From positions 9,956,728 to 10,020,727 of the forward strand of contig NC_057749.1 in the NCBI RefSeq assembly GCF_004010195.1: a stretch of 64,000 nucleotides of DNA, read 5' to 3'. Shown here piece after piece: positions 12,101 to 24,522 of the stretch. The notes beneath the pieces are model-generated. The model did no database searches. It was given only the letters and a program-made list of their open reading frames with translations, and was not told the origin of the DNA. Origin of the DNA: Chiloscyllium plagiosum. Lineage: Eukaryota. Position 1 is the stretch's first letter. The number at the start of each line of letters is the position of its first letter. Position numbers and translations under genes: made by a program.

Positions 12101-13699
12101 ATCACTCTGGATCACATACCATCCATCCAGCCAGTCAACTGAGCTAACTGACTCTTCTGTACATAATTAGCATTTCAATTCAATGTAATATTTATACACA
12201 CTAGTTTAGATTGTGTTTGTGAGGATTGTTCTATCTCATTAGTCGAAGAAACCTGTCATTATCTGCTTGTAGTGATCACAGACCCTAACAGAGTGCAAAA
12301 ACACAAAATCTAAATCCCATGAGTTGCCACTCAACTATCAACAACAGATCTCTGGGTTGTTGAAAGCATTATGAATGGCAGTCATTATTTCTTTGCTATG
12401 AACTACAGAATCAGGAGAGGGGGGAATGCATGAATACAATTAATCCCAACCATTTATGGCTATGCTACACATGCCAAAATGAGCATTATACAAATAACAC
12501 AACCATGTCTGTTCAAACCAAGAATAGTGACTTAATGTAGCCATTTTAATTACACCTTCAGCGTGTATTTTGAGACCATGCACAATTTCAACTGCACCCC
12601 TAATTTATGTTAAATACTTGTGACAATTGCCTCTAATGAAAAGAAAGGAAAATAAACTTGCATTTATCATGTGGAGTTGGAAAAAGAACTGCATCTAGAA
12701 ACACTTCAAATAGAAGCATTATATTGTGCACACAGCAACATCACACAGGAAACAATGATATAGATGACCAGCTAATCTATTTTTGGTGTTAGTTGAATTG
12801 GAGAGGCATGTTCAACAAGTTTCAAAGAGGATTCTATGGTTATTATTTTATCCTTAAACCCTACCCAAACTACCTGTTGGACATCTTAGATGTAGAATAT
12901 CACCTCTGGCTAAGCAAAGAAATGTCAGCTTATATTGCTTTCTCTTTAATTCGCAAGACTTGAAGGTGCAAATGCACATGTGGATTTTGAGAGGGGAAGG
13001 AGTTTAGAATCAATTACTAAACAGTTATTTATGTAATTTTTTATTACCTTTCTAGTGCTAGAATATTTCATATGCACAGATTAGAGAGCTGGACATATTT
13101 TCTAATTATTAACATTCCTGCTTGTTTTAGTGCTGGTTTAACTGATACATGAGCTACTTGTTCAAAAAGAATGATAACTATTCTTAAAGATACACATGAT
13201 TCTATCTATTTGTCAAATGAATGCTAAATTATTGCAATTTATAAAATTTAAGAAATACATCTACAAACACAGGCTGGTAAATGTTTCAAACATTTCTAGC
13301 ACAAACAGTGACTGATGTTGAATCAATTGTAAATTTTAACCTGAGGTTGGTATATTCTTGTTATTCTAATGTTGAAGGATATTGTAAAAAGGCAGATTTG
13401 TGGAGTTAAATCATAGATCACCAACGATTTTAATTAATAGCTAAACTGGCATGTGGGATTAAATTCCTATTCCCATATATTTCAGTTGTAGTTTTCTGTT
13501 CCAGTTAACGTGGATACATTAAACTTCATCAATATGACCATTGACAATGAGTGGTGGGCAATCTTGTTTGGTTTGTGTATGTGATGTTGTCTTTATTATA
13601 TTTTCACAATACATAGGGTCCCTTACATGACCTTAAGTGAGGAGGTTCCTTGATTGTACAAGTTCAGCACTATTTGCAACTTCTCAGATACTGAAGTAG

Positions 13700-14960
13700 T
13701 TTGTGTCAATATTCAACAAGGTGTGAACAGTGCTCAGGCATGGGCTGAAGAGTGGCAAGTAGGCAATAAGCATTTATAACAAGTGAGAATCTGACCATGT
13801 CAACTTGATATTCAACAACATTGCCATTAGTGAATCCCTCACTGTCAATATCCTGGGGATTACTATTGACCAGAAGCTGAAATAGACCAGCCACATAAAT
13901 ACTTTGGATACAATTTAGGTCAGATTCTGGGAGCTCTGCAGCAACTAACTCACTATCTATCAGTGCATCAGCTGCAGTGCAACCTGAGAAGCTTGACACC
14001 ATCAAGACAAAGCAGACCTTTGAATGACATGCCATTACTTGATACATCATCATAAACATTAACTTCCTCCACTGCCAATGCAGAGTGGCTGCAAAGAGTA
14101 TCATATTTAAGATGCACTACAACAACTCACCAATTCTTCTTTGACAAGCACTTGTGACCTCTATTACTCAGAAGGACAGGCCAGCAGATCATGGAAGCAC
14201 ATGCAAGTTTAATTCTAAGCCACACCTCATACTGGCCTAGAACTGGACCATCATTCCTTCATTGTCTCTGGGTCAAAATCATGGAACTCCCTGCCCAACT
14301 AGAAATCTGCATGTACCTACACCACAAACAGTCATAGAGATGTACAGCATGGAAACAGATGCTTAGGTCCAACTCGTCCATGCTGACCATATATCTTAAT
14401 CGAATCTAGTCCCATTTGCCAGCACTTGACCTATATCCCTCTACACCCTCTTTATTCATATATCCCATCCAGATGCCTTTTAAAAGCTGTATTTGTACTA
14501 GCCTCCATCACTTTGTCTGGCAGCTCATACCATACATGCACCACCCTCTGCATGAACAAGTTGCCCCTTCGGTCCCTTTTATATCTTTCCCCCTCACCCT
14601 AAATCTATGCCCTCTAGTTCTGGACTCCCTCAGTCCAGGGAAAAGACTTTGTCTGTTTATTCTATCCATCCCCCTCATGATTTTATACACTGATATAAGC
14701 CCACCCCTCAGCCTTTGATGCTGCAGGGAAAACAGCCACAGCCTATTCAGCCTCTTCGTATAGCTCAAATCTTCCAACCCTGCCAACATCCTTGTAAATC
14801 TTTTTTGAACCTTTCCAAGTTTCACAACATCCTTCTGATAGGAAGGAGACCAGAATTGCACGCAATATTCCAAAAGCGGACTGGAGTAGTTGAAGATGGC
14901 AGCTGATCTTCTCAAAAACAATATCTGGTGAGCTAGCCAGTGATGATACATACCTCATGA
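13700..14960 (+). mobile_element. Decayed LINE fragment containing a nested minus-strand CR1 (14331-14875)
   Basis: CR1 ORF motifs LEYCVQFWSPSY...LGKVQKRFTRM on the - strand; host LINE tail resumes at ~14876. Confidence 0.75.
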
Positions 14961-15109
14961 AACAAAATATAAATATAACAAGAAGCAGATATTAAATACT
15001 AACCAATTCTCAAATAAACACTTTATTCTCAAGAAGTTCCAAATGCAAGCAGATAAAAGCTGAGGTTGGTACGTCAAGCCAATTAAGGAATCACAGTGCA
15101 GTTACTTCA

Positions 15110-15492
15110 TTCAGAAGATAGTGATTTGAAGTTCCCTTAGAGAGAAGTGAGCTCAGAACTGAGGCTAACACATCAATGGTGTATCAAGGGAGTGCGAGCC
15201 CTACTATTGGGTCATCTTTGCCATGAGACATTAAATCGAGGCAACATCTGTTCTCAGGTGTAGCTATAAGATCCCTTGAGTCCCCAACCCCCAAGAAGAG
15301 CAGACGCATTCATCTAGCCAATATTTATCCCTCCAGCGACACTTAAGAACAAATTATCTGGTCACTACTTTTTGCGGAACCTTGCTGTGCATAAATCTCC
15401 TCCTCCTTCTCCCAAAATAAAGGTATTTTGGCTGTACAATGAGTTGTGACCGCTTGAAGTTGTGAAAAGTTAAATTATAAATGCAAATCTTT
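15110..15492 (+). mobile_element. Ancient Deu-domain SINE (SacSINE1/AmnSINE1-like)
   Basis: Deu-like core gagacattaaatcgagg...tctcaggtg...aagatccc...aagaagagcag...gccaatatttatccctc...ttatctggtca and tail ataaatgcaa; weaker minus copy at ~12650-12860. Confidence 0.6.
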
Positions 15493-16249
15493 TGAAAATA
15501 AGTTGTTTTAAATCAGTGTTGTTCTTTTCCATAGGGCTTCCGTTTTCTCGACTCCCTGCAATCTACTCAGTGGAATGTCAATAACTGCACTTAATGGAGT
15601 TATCCTTGCCTTATTAACCTTCGTAAAAGTAATTGACTTTGAATTGGTAGAAAATGCTGAGGATGCATGAAGGATGTGTTCTACACGGATGGGTCCAGAA
15701 GAGAAAGAAGATGACCCAGAATCCTTTAGACCCCTTCCTCAATTCTCACTCCCTTGAGCAACTGCCTTGTCATTGCAGAAGACAGCTGGTAGAAGACAAT
15801 TTAAAGGTTCATCTGGTGTCACTGCTTATTCCGGCAAATCTTTGGGAAATTCTAGGGTTGAAATAAAGCTCATTTTGGGTCATCAGCACAGGATTTTCTC
15901 ATTATTCTTGCAGAACAAAGAGCAAACGTCGTTTCAGGACATCACTGAAGGATTAGGTTCATGACTCTGCTGCAAGACTGCAAGAGTTTAATTGCAGCAC
16001 ATTGATACCAGAAGCTTTTAATCATGTACATAGGTGTGGAAATGAGAGATTATTAAGTACCCAGCAGGTCAAAATGTAGAATACTAGTGGGACAAAGAAA
16101 AACAAAAGAGAAATCCAAAATAAATCCTTAGATTTTACCGTTTTGCTGAAAAATGAACTTTAGTTTTTAAGCACTTAAAATGTTAGTAAGGATTGGAAAT
16201 GTGCCTGTTGCCTATGCAAGTCTGTTCGTCCTTTTAGTTCCTTCTCAGA

Positions 16250-16638
16250 GGCATCAGTGAGAGCCCAAGCTCCTGCTGTTTGTTCCCGGCAGCGTGCTGC
16301 ACGTGGGGTAGTCTATCGGGTTTTCCAACCAAACAGCAAACTTCATCCAGGTTTGATACCCGCGATGAAGAGCGGTGACTGGCTGCCGGGGCGAGGGTGG
16401 GAGCGAGGGAGGAGAGAGCGGGCTGTCCACCAATCTCCAAGCTGTCCATTCCGAGGAGCGCTGTCCAGGGAGCGTGGTGCTGAAACTTCATCCGACCGCC
16501 CCCACCCACTTCCCAACACATCCACAAACCAACGCAGGCGGACACGCACACACACACACACACACACGGAACACGCTGCGCTGGGAGCTGTTCAACAAAA
16601 GACCTCCTGAAAGCGGGCAACTTCTTTAAGGCGGCGCC
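16250..16638 (+). promoter_or_regulatory. CpG-rich CPLX3 promoter/5' UTR
   Basis: High GC/CpG relative to flanks, CCAAT at 16430-16434, (CA)n at ~16547-16566, strong Kozak GGCGCCATGG. Confidence 0.65.
16457..16484 (-). promoter_or_regulatory. Non-canonical (9-nt spacer) RE1/NRSE REST-binding site
   Basis: Minus strand reads TTCAGCACC-acgctccct-GGACAGCGCT. Confidence 0.6.
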
Positions 16639-16796
16639 ATGGCATTCATCGTCAAGAACATGGTAGGCGGGCAGTTGAAGAACTTGACTGGGGGACTTGG
16701 CGAGGATAAGGGCGAGGGAGAAAAGTCGGAAGCCGCAGCCCAGGGAATGACAAGAGAGGAGTTTGAGGAATACCAACGGCAGCTGGTAGAAGAAAA
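16639..16796 (+). CDS. CPLX3: Complexin-3 coding exon 1
   Basis: [52 protein letters not shown](K); donor AA|GTAAGT, phase 2; N-terminus matches CPLX3 rather than CPLX4. Confidence 0.95.
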
Positions 16797-19700
16797 GTAA
16801 GTGATTTTTTTTTCCCCTTTGGACCCCAGCCAGGAGAGTGCTCCCAACCTGTAATCCCACAGATAACATTCACACAGCAATGGCAATGTAGGGAGCCATA
16901 TGTCCGTTTTATTCGGTTGGAGTTTTAAAACATAGTCGCCTTTCCTGTGTATGGTTTCCCCCTTGTCTCCATTCAACTGGACAGTGAGAAATAATTCAAA
17001 TGTCACCATTGTCCTAACATCAACTGACGCGATTCTAGTCAGTAATGTAAAGGTGTACGAAACGGGTGCTCGAGATTAAGTTTATTTTTACAAACTAAAC
17101 TGCTGGGATTCACCGTCAATCTCCTTCTCCCTGCAATAAACAGTTAATAATCTAAAATGGATGGTTTTCTAATTTGAATTTAACTCATTGAACGTCCGAA
17201 AACTTACCACATGATTTGAGTTATTAAATGGTTAAGTGAAATGATTCAACATTTTTCAAAAGGGTAAACCCCCTCCCTCCTTTTTTGAACTATTTTGCAA
17301 CACTTCGAATGTGTTGCTTTAGTGTCATAGTCTTAACTTTTTTATTCGATAGAGAATCTTCATCAGAAACGCTGTCTCCCAAAGAAGGGGGTATTCAATC
17401 CAACTTGCTCGCTCTTGGAAACGGTTGACTAAATTGCTCTCCTCCAGAACCCCTTTGGTTCATTTGCAGTTGCCCTAAGCTTTTGTGTTCTCGGCCACAA
17501 AACGTTGGATGTAAAAAAAAAGCTCAAATATCCTATCGTGTTTTTTGTGTGGATTATTTTCAGTACATGACTTTTGATACTTGCAGGATTTGCCCCATCA
17601 CAACCCTATCAATATCATGCCCCCAGGCTCCCCACCATCATGAATATTATGTTTCCACTTGGTCCAGTTTGCCCGTAAAGCTGAACCCCTCACCCCTCTG
17701 TGTCCCCTCCAAGGCCTTTACTTCCTTTTAGCGAGCTCAGAGCCAGAAGCTGCAGATGTCTGACTGTTCTTTGGGTGAATGTCTCGCCCCATTCTCATAG
17801 CAAAACTACAGGGGGGGTCTTATCTTTTAGTCATTTCGCCCGTGTCGGGTTTTATGATTCCAGTTTCGTCAATCAAGCCATCACAAGATGCACACTTTTA
17901 AGGTGAAAGGCAGGAGTTTTAGAGGAGATCTGAAGAAAATCACCCAAAGAGTGTTGGGACTCTGGAATGCACAGCCTGGGAGGGTAATAGGGGTGGGTAA
18001 ATTCACAACCTTTGTATGAACACTTGAAACTTCCTAACTTTCAAGGCGATGTGAGTAATGTAGCTTTGGTAGTCTAGACTTGATGGGCCGAAGGGCCTTT
18101 TCAATACTGGACGATTCTGAGCTGTTTCTTTTCCATGTCTCCCAGAGTCCAGGTTAGCAGCTGTTGAAATGTTCAGTAAAGCGTTCCCAAAGATTAGCTC
18201 AAAAACAATTCACGGAATAGGCTCAGCCGGTCTGGCAGCATATGTGGAGAGAAATCAGAGTTCGGATCGAGTGATTCTTCCTCAAAACTGATGGTAGCTT
18301 GGAAAAATTAGCTTCCCAACTCCTTGCGGTGTACTGTATGCTATAGCTTGCAAATAATCGGTGGTTTTACAACTTCTCTTTCAAAACTTTATATTTCATT
18401 ACAATAATCCATGTTGTATATTTCTGCTTTAAGAAAAGGGACTGCTCACATGTACAATGCAAGTAACAGACTTTTAATACGTCATGTTGGCTAAAACAGT
18501 TAACTCCAAATGACATTGAGTTAGTCCAAAAGCCCAAGCTGGGGTTTATTTGATATATTTTCAGCAGACGGCGTTTAAAACGGTAGGTTTGACGTGCACG
18601 GACCCGAGTTACTGTGGGTCACTGTGATTTCATTTGACACACGGATGATCTTTGAATAAATTCCCTGCAGCCTTTGTGCAGCCAAACTGGGCAAACACAT
18701 GCGCTCCATTGACTGTCAGAGAGTCACGGGAAGGGCAAAGTATTTTTTTTTTGAGAAAAGTCTGATTCATTCTGGATGTTTCTGTTTGAATGTAACCATG
18801 TAGTCAGTTCCCGTCTTCCTTTATAACATCACGACCGGGGTTTGACGGCGGGAGTTGAGAAAACAGCTCCTAGTAAATCCAACAAATAAATCCAAGAAAC
18901 AGGGTGAAGGAGACTGCTAGATGAACCAGGGCGGAAAGGTGGAAACGGAAATGTACAGTTAATTTACAGTCAGGGTTGGTTAATCTGAAAGGGACGGGGT
19001 TACTATCAAAGGGGAGTTGGACAAATACTTGCAGAGATGAAAAAAAAATCCATTGAGGAAGGAGCAGAGCAAGCAGATGAGTTGGATAGTTCTTTTGAAG
19101 GGCTGGTACGAGCACGATGGAACGAATGGTCGCGGTCTGTGCTATATTATTTTATGCTTGCTTAGAGCACCCCCTAGGATTTGGTGAATGAATATTGATG
19201 GGCCAATAAATGAAATCTGGGATTGACATTTGCAATGCGTTCCAGGCCAGTGACAAACCACGGGTCAAAAGATAAAACGATTCATAGAATCCCAACAGCG
19301 GGGAAACAGGCCATTCGGCCCATCAGGTCCACACCAAGCCTCCAAAGAGCATCCCACGCAGATCCACTCCTCCACCCTATCCCCTCCATAATCCACCTAG
19401 CCTGCGCATCTTTGGACTTAGATTCACTTAGAACAGTAGACAGGAATAGGGCCCTTCGGCCCACCACGTCTGTGCCATTGCATAAAATCTCGAATTTTCT
19501 CCGGCGTTAACTCAGCTGACTGAGCCAGTAGGGTGTACACAGCAGGAAGGTCTATTGATGGGGAGGGGGGGCGGGGGTCGTGGGTGTGAGATATTAGAAT
19601 TGTCGGCGACCGAGGTGGACACTAACCGAATTGATCACTGCTCCCTGATGGTGATGGACTGAGAGCGGCTGGAGGGGAGACATCACTTGAGTATAGGAGC

Positions 19701-20321
19701 TGGGTGAGAGGAGTTGGGATTCAAACATTTAGCCAACACATTTTGTTTAATGCTCACTGGTGAAGCTCTGGAGATGAGAGGGCGACTGTGGAAGGAAGTA
19801 ATCTGTAAAATGGACCATATGACGTGTTAACCAGTCAAACTATAGACTCTTCAGAAAACAAAAATCAGAGCTCCAGCGTTGTCTTTTTGCTTTCAGCACA
19901 GATTCCAGCATTTGCAGTATTTAGCTCCTATAGACTGTTCAGTGTTGTATGTTACCTTGCTCAACTCAGGAATGGACCAGCAATAAGGCGTAAAAGCAAA
20001 ATACTGGAGGTCTGAGATAAAAAATAGAAAGTGCTGGAGAAACTCAGCAGGTTGCCGGCAACATGTGTGGGGAGAGAAACAGAATTAGTGTTTCGAATGT
20101 GGTGTGGCTTCTGAAACATAAAACGCCAACTCTCTTCAAGGGGATGCTCAGAATAAAGTGTTTGGATCGTGAACGGAAGCCTTTCTATCCAAACCCCCAG
20201 TTAATCCTAAAATATGTAACAAAAAACCCCACAAAATTGCGGATACTGGAAATCAGAAGCAAAAACAGAAATTGCTGGAAAAACTCAGCAGGTCTGGCAG
20301 CATCTGTGGAGAGAAATCAGA

Positions 20322-20357
20322 ATTAACGTTTCGGGCCCAGTCGCCCTTCTTCAGAAC
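20322..20357 (-). ncRNA. Minimal type I hammerhead ribozyme motif with intact core, in palindromic element ~20230-20435
   Basis: Minus strand: GTT-CTGAAGA-A-GGGC gactgg GCCC-GAAAC-GTT-AAT. Confidence 0.6.
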
Positions 20358-20927
20358 TGGGCCCGAAATGTTAACTGTTTCTCCCTCCTCAGATGCTGCC
20401 AGACTTGTTGAGTTTTCCCAGCAATTTCTGTTTTTGCCTCTAAGACATGTGTTTTGAGCATCACCCAGAGTTTCAGTTTGCAGGGTGAGAGAGATTAACC
20501 AATTTCCCCCTCAAGGGAACTGCGCAGAAACTGAGCAGTGGGAGAGGGAATGTGGGTTCCGGGGGGACAGTTCTAGCAGGCTCGGATTGCTACATCTATC
20601 ATTTAAACTTTATCTATTCCACCACTCTTAAATGGTGGTTTACTTGAAGAAGGGCTGGTCAAATCTATTCAGTGCCGTTGCAAGGGTCCTAGGGTGAACT
20701 TAATGCAACGTGTTCTCCAACTCAATTACGCTGGCAAGTTGAAGAGCTTTGTTCTCCACAATAACGTTCGATAGTATATTCCTTCCTTTGGTCCCTACAA
20801 GTGGAGGGGTAATTCACCCCGTTCCTGTCAGAGGGAAGATTACAGGACAGGTCAAAAGCCCTGAAAGAGACGCCCCTGTGCCTCACTGGAGGATATTGTC
20901 CATCAGTTCAGAATTTCTACCATGCAT

Positions 20928-21510
20928 CTCTGGAGCAGGATGCACTTCAACCTGGGTCTCCTGTCCCAGAGGTATGCAATAGAAACTCTGAGTAGTGCAG
21001 TGGTATTGTCCCTACCTCTGGGGAAGTTGACACTTCAACCTGGGTCTCCTGCACCAGAGTATGCGATAGAAACTCTGTGTGGTGCAGTGGTATTGTCCCT
21101 ACCTCTGGAGAAGGTGGCACTTCAACCTGAGTCTCCTGCCCCAGACGTGTGTGATAGAAACTCTGTGTGGTGCAGTGGTAGAGTCCCTACCTCTGAAGCA
21201 GGTTGCATTTCAACCTGGGTCACCTGCCCCAGAAGTGTGTGATAGAAACTCTGTGTGGTGCAGTGGTATTGTCCCTACCTCTGGGGAAGGTGGCACTTCA
21301 ACCTGGGTCTCCTGCCCCAGAGGGTGCGATAGAAACTCTGTGTCGTGCAGTGGTAGTGTCCCTACCTCTGGAGTAGATTGCACTTCAACCTGGGTCTCCT
21401 ACACCAGAGTGTGTGATAGAAACTCTGTGTGGTGCAGTGGTAGTGTCCCTACCTCTGCAGCAGAAGAGCTGGTTCAGGTTCCACCTGCTCCAGAAGTAGG
21501 GACACTACCA
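20928..21510 (+). repeat. Minisatellite, ~6 copies of an 87-88 bp SINE-head-derived unit
   Basis: ttcaacctg anchor at 20946, 21034, 21121, 21209, 21297, 21384. Confidence 0.9.
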
Positions 21511-22156
21511 TTGCAACGCAAGAGGCCCTGTTGAACGATGTTTATTTCAATCGATGACAATGGCAACTTGAAAGAATTTCTGGGTTTATTGTAATTTTTT
21601 TCGGTAAAAAAACAAGTTCCAGCTCTCAATCTGATTCAATGCTCGTAGAATTGCGCCCTCTCCTGTTTGGGTCTGAAGCTTTAAAAACAATCTTACCAGT
21701 GTCAAAACGGAGTGTTGGGATCCATGTATATCCTAGCCCGTATGGCTGCTAATACAAGAATTAAGAGATTAACCGTTCCCCTCTCCACTCCGCCTCCCAC
21801 CCTCACCCCCCACCCCGCACCCCTCCCCTGCCCCCAACAGCTGAGTTCCTTGGGATGGATTACCACTTCTGATATAGTAAACATTAGGGCTGATATTGCA
21901 TTTTCAAAATAGTCGAGTTGTTGCTTCTGTCGACTTCATTAGGCAGAAGGCTTTAACAAGTAACTGAGCTGAATCATTATTGATCAGACCAGCTAAAGTG
22001 CTGCTGCATACAGTACATTAAGGTACAATAAAGAAGAACCACACGCAGAAAGATTATTGCATGTTAGAAAGGGAAACGGTTACTCCCCAGTATCATCATG
22101 AGCATTATTTTAATCATGAAATTGCAGTCAAATCACCTGTTTTCCATGTGGACAAA

Positions 22157-22710
22157 TAGGACATTGGTGAGGTCTCTTCTGCAGTACTTGTCCAGTTCTG
22201 GTTGTCTAGTTATAGGAAGGATTTTATTAAAGCTGGAGAGGGTTCAGAAGAGATTTACCAGGATGTGGTGGGGATGGAAGGTTTGAATAATAAAGAAAGG
22301 CTGAATAGGCTGGGAGGCTTTTCATTGGAATGTTGGAGGTTGAGAGGTGACCTTACAGAGGTTTATAAAACCATGAGGGGTATAGATAGGGTTAATGGTT
22401 GATGTCTTTTCCCTAGGTTGGGGGAATTTCAAGACTTGGGGGCACATTGTTAAGGTGAGAGGAGAGAGAATGAAAAAAGAGATGAGGGAAAAAATTTACG
22501 CAGAAGGTGGTTCGCGTGGAATGAAATTTCCTGAGGAAGTGGTGGATGCAGGTACAGTTTAAAAGACACTTAGGTAAGTACATGAATTGGAAAGGTTTGG
22601 AGGGATATGGGTTAGAAGCAGGCAGGTGGAGTTAGTTTAGTTTAGGATTATGTTCAGCATGGACTGGTTCGACCAAGGGATCTTTTTCCATGCTCTATGA
22701 TTCTATGATT
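22157..22710 (+). mobile_element. CR1 LINE 3' fragment
   Basis: LERVQKRFTRM...ERLNRLGGFSLECWRLRGDLTEVYK; ctatgattctatgatt tail. Confidence 0.9.
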
Positions 22711-22744
22711 AATTGTTATAGCTACACACTGATTTAATTTTGAG

Positions 22745-23840
22745 GAGATACAATCCAAACGTCGGGCCCGCTCTGTGGATGACACCTTTGTCATCACAAA
22801 ATGGAACAAATTAGAAGAAACCTACAATATCACTAGCAACATCCTTACTGGCATAAATGCCACCAAAGAGGAGGAGAATAACAACAGGCTCCCTTTCCTA
22901 GATGTCGCAGTGGAACAAACAGTCAATGGAGAACTGCAGACCAGCATCTATAGGAAAGCAACACACACAAACCAGACACTCAACTTCAGAAACAATCATC
23001 CCAACACCCACAAATGGAGCTGCATCAGGACATTATTTAAGTGGGCCACAACACATTGTAGCACCCAGGAACTACAAACAGCAGAAGAAAAATACCTATA
23101 CAGCATATTCAAGAAGAATGGGTACCCAATAAACACAGTCTGCTGATTCTTAAACAACAAACCCAAACAAATAAGCACAACCCACCCAGAAACTCTCGCC
23201 ACACTACCATACATCAAAGACATCTTGGAAATGGCTACCAGACTGCCCTGACCCCTTGACATTATGGAAGCCCACAAACCTACCAACACACTGAAACAGC
23301 TACTGATGAACTTAAAGGACCCTACACCAACGAAGAGCAAAATGAATGTCATTTAGAAAATACATGCAAGGACTGTAACAAACACTACATCGGACAGACA
23401 GTCAGAAAACTAATCACTAGGATACATGAATACCAACTAACCACCAAAAGACATGACCCACTCTCACTAGTATCCTTACATACAGACAAAGAAGGATACC
23501 ACTTGGATTGGGACAATACATCCATTTAGGACAAGCCAACAGAGACACACATAGGAATTCCTATAGGCTTGACATTTAAACCAGAATAAATACATCAATA
23601 AACACAGTGATTTGGATCACATTTACCAACCTCTGAGAAAAAGAACTGGAAATGATATCACCCACCTTCAGAGACCAATTCAGATAAATAGAAAGCAGGA
23701 CAGAACACCAGCGCTTCACCAGAGGCTCACTGATGATGTTACCTGGCATGGTTACAAAACTTCTGAAAACAAACCTGCCAGCTCAGCAAGCAAACTTACA
23801 ATCTGAACCTCAACATGAGCTACAAATCTTCTCAAAAAGT
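22745..23840 (+). mobile_element. 5'-truncated Penelope (Poseidon-like) element
   Basis: RT VDDTFVI...LPFLDV...IYRKATHT; GIY-YIG remnant NVI*KI..CKDCNKHYIGQT; degenerate hammerhead tcaCTGATGA-TGTTACC..GGTTACA-aaac-ttc-tga at ~23727-23766. Confidence 0.85.
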
Positions 23841-23921
23841 GCAGCTTTGAGGAGAACCTGGAGCACCAGTGACAAAGTTAGTACATTTGTCAGTCAAATG
23901 CTTGAGCCTCTTTATTTCCCA

Positions 23922-24096
23922 GGAGAAAGTGAGGACTGCAGATGCTGGAGGTTACAGTAGAGAGTGTGGTGCTGGAAAAGCACAGCTGGTCAGGCAGCAT
24001 CCGAGGAGCTGGAGAATCGACAATTCAAATCCTGATGAAGGGCTCTTGCCTGAAACGTCGGTTCTCCTGCTCTTCGGATGCTGCCTGACCTGACTT
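23922..24096 (-). mobile_element. ORF-less palindromic Penelope-derived element with hammerhead motif and 11-bp TSD
   Basis: TSD tttatttccca at 23911-23921 and 24097-24107; AATC-CTGATGA-AGGGC tctt GCCT-GAAAC-GTC-GGTT at 24028-24063 (+). Confidence 0.75.
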
Positions 24097-24522
24097 TTTA
24101 TTTCCCATCCAGACTGTACTTTCATTCCTGACAACATGAACTAGAACAGTGAGGCAATTTCCTCATCATATTATCTATTCTGGGGACACGGTTTCAAATT
24201 TTGCCACAGTAGATGGTGAAACTGAATTCAATAAAATGTTGAATTAAGAGTTTAATGATTACAGTGAAACTGTTGCTAACTATTGGAAAAGCTAATCTGA
24301 TTCACTAATGTCCTTCAGGGAAGGAAACTGCTATCCGTACCTGATCGTGTTTACATATGATTTCAGATCCACTGCATAGAGTTGACAGCCCTCTGCGCAG
24401 TTAGGTATGGCCAATAGATGCTGGTTTAGCTAGCAATGCACACATACTTTTAGTGGATTTCTTAAAAATAGATTGAGTTACTCAAAAGAGCTGGCAGCAT
24501 CTGTGGAGAGAAAAACAGAGTT

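Noticed and set aside
15950..16857. CRX/OTX motifs (GGATTA 15950, TAATCC 16852) near a retinal gene
   Set aside because: Hexamers too frequent to support without conservation data
16234..17009. Antisense ORFs over the CPLX3 5' region (211 aa, 127 aa)
   Set aside because: Shadow ORFs of GC-rich DNA and the CA repeat; no recognisable domain
20928..21510. CRISPR-like array or coding repeat ORFs (20922-21242, 21079-21534)
   Set aside because: No unique spacers, eukaryotic context, and the whole unit repeats; the ORFs are by-products of the minisatellite
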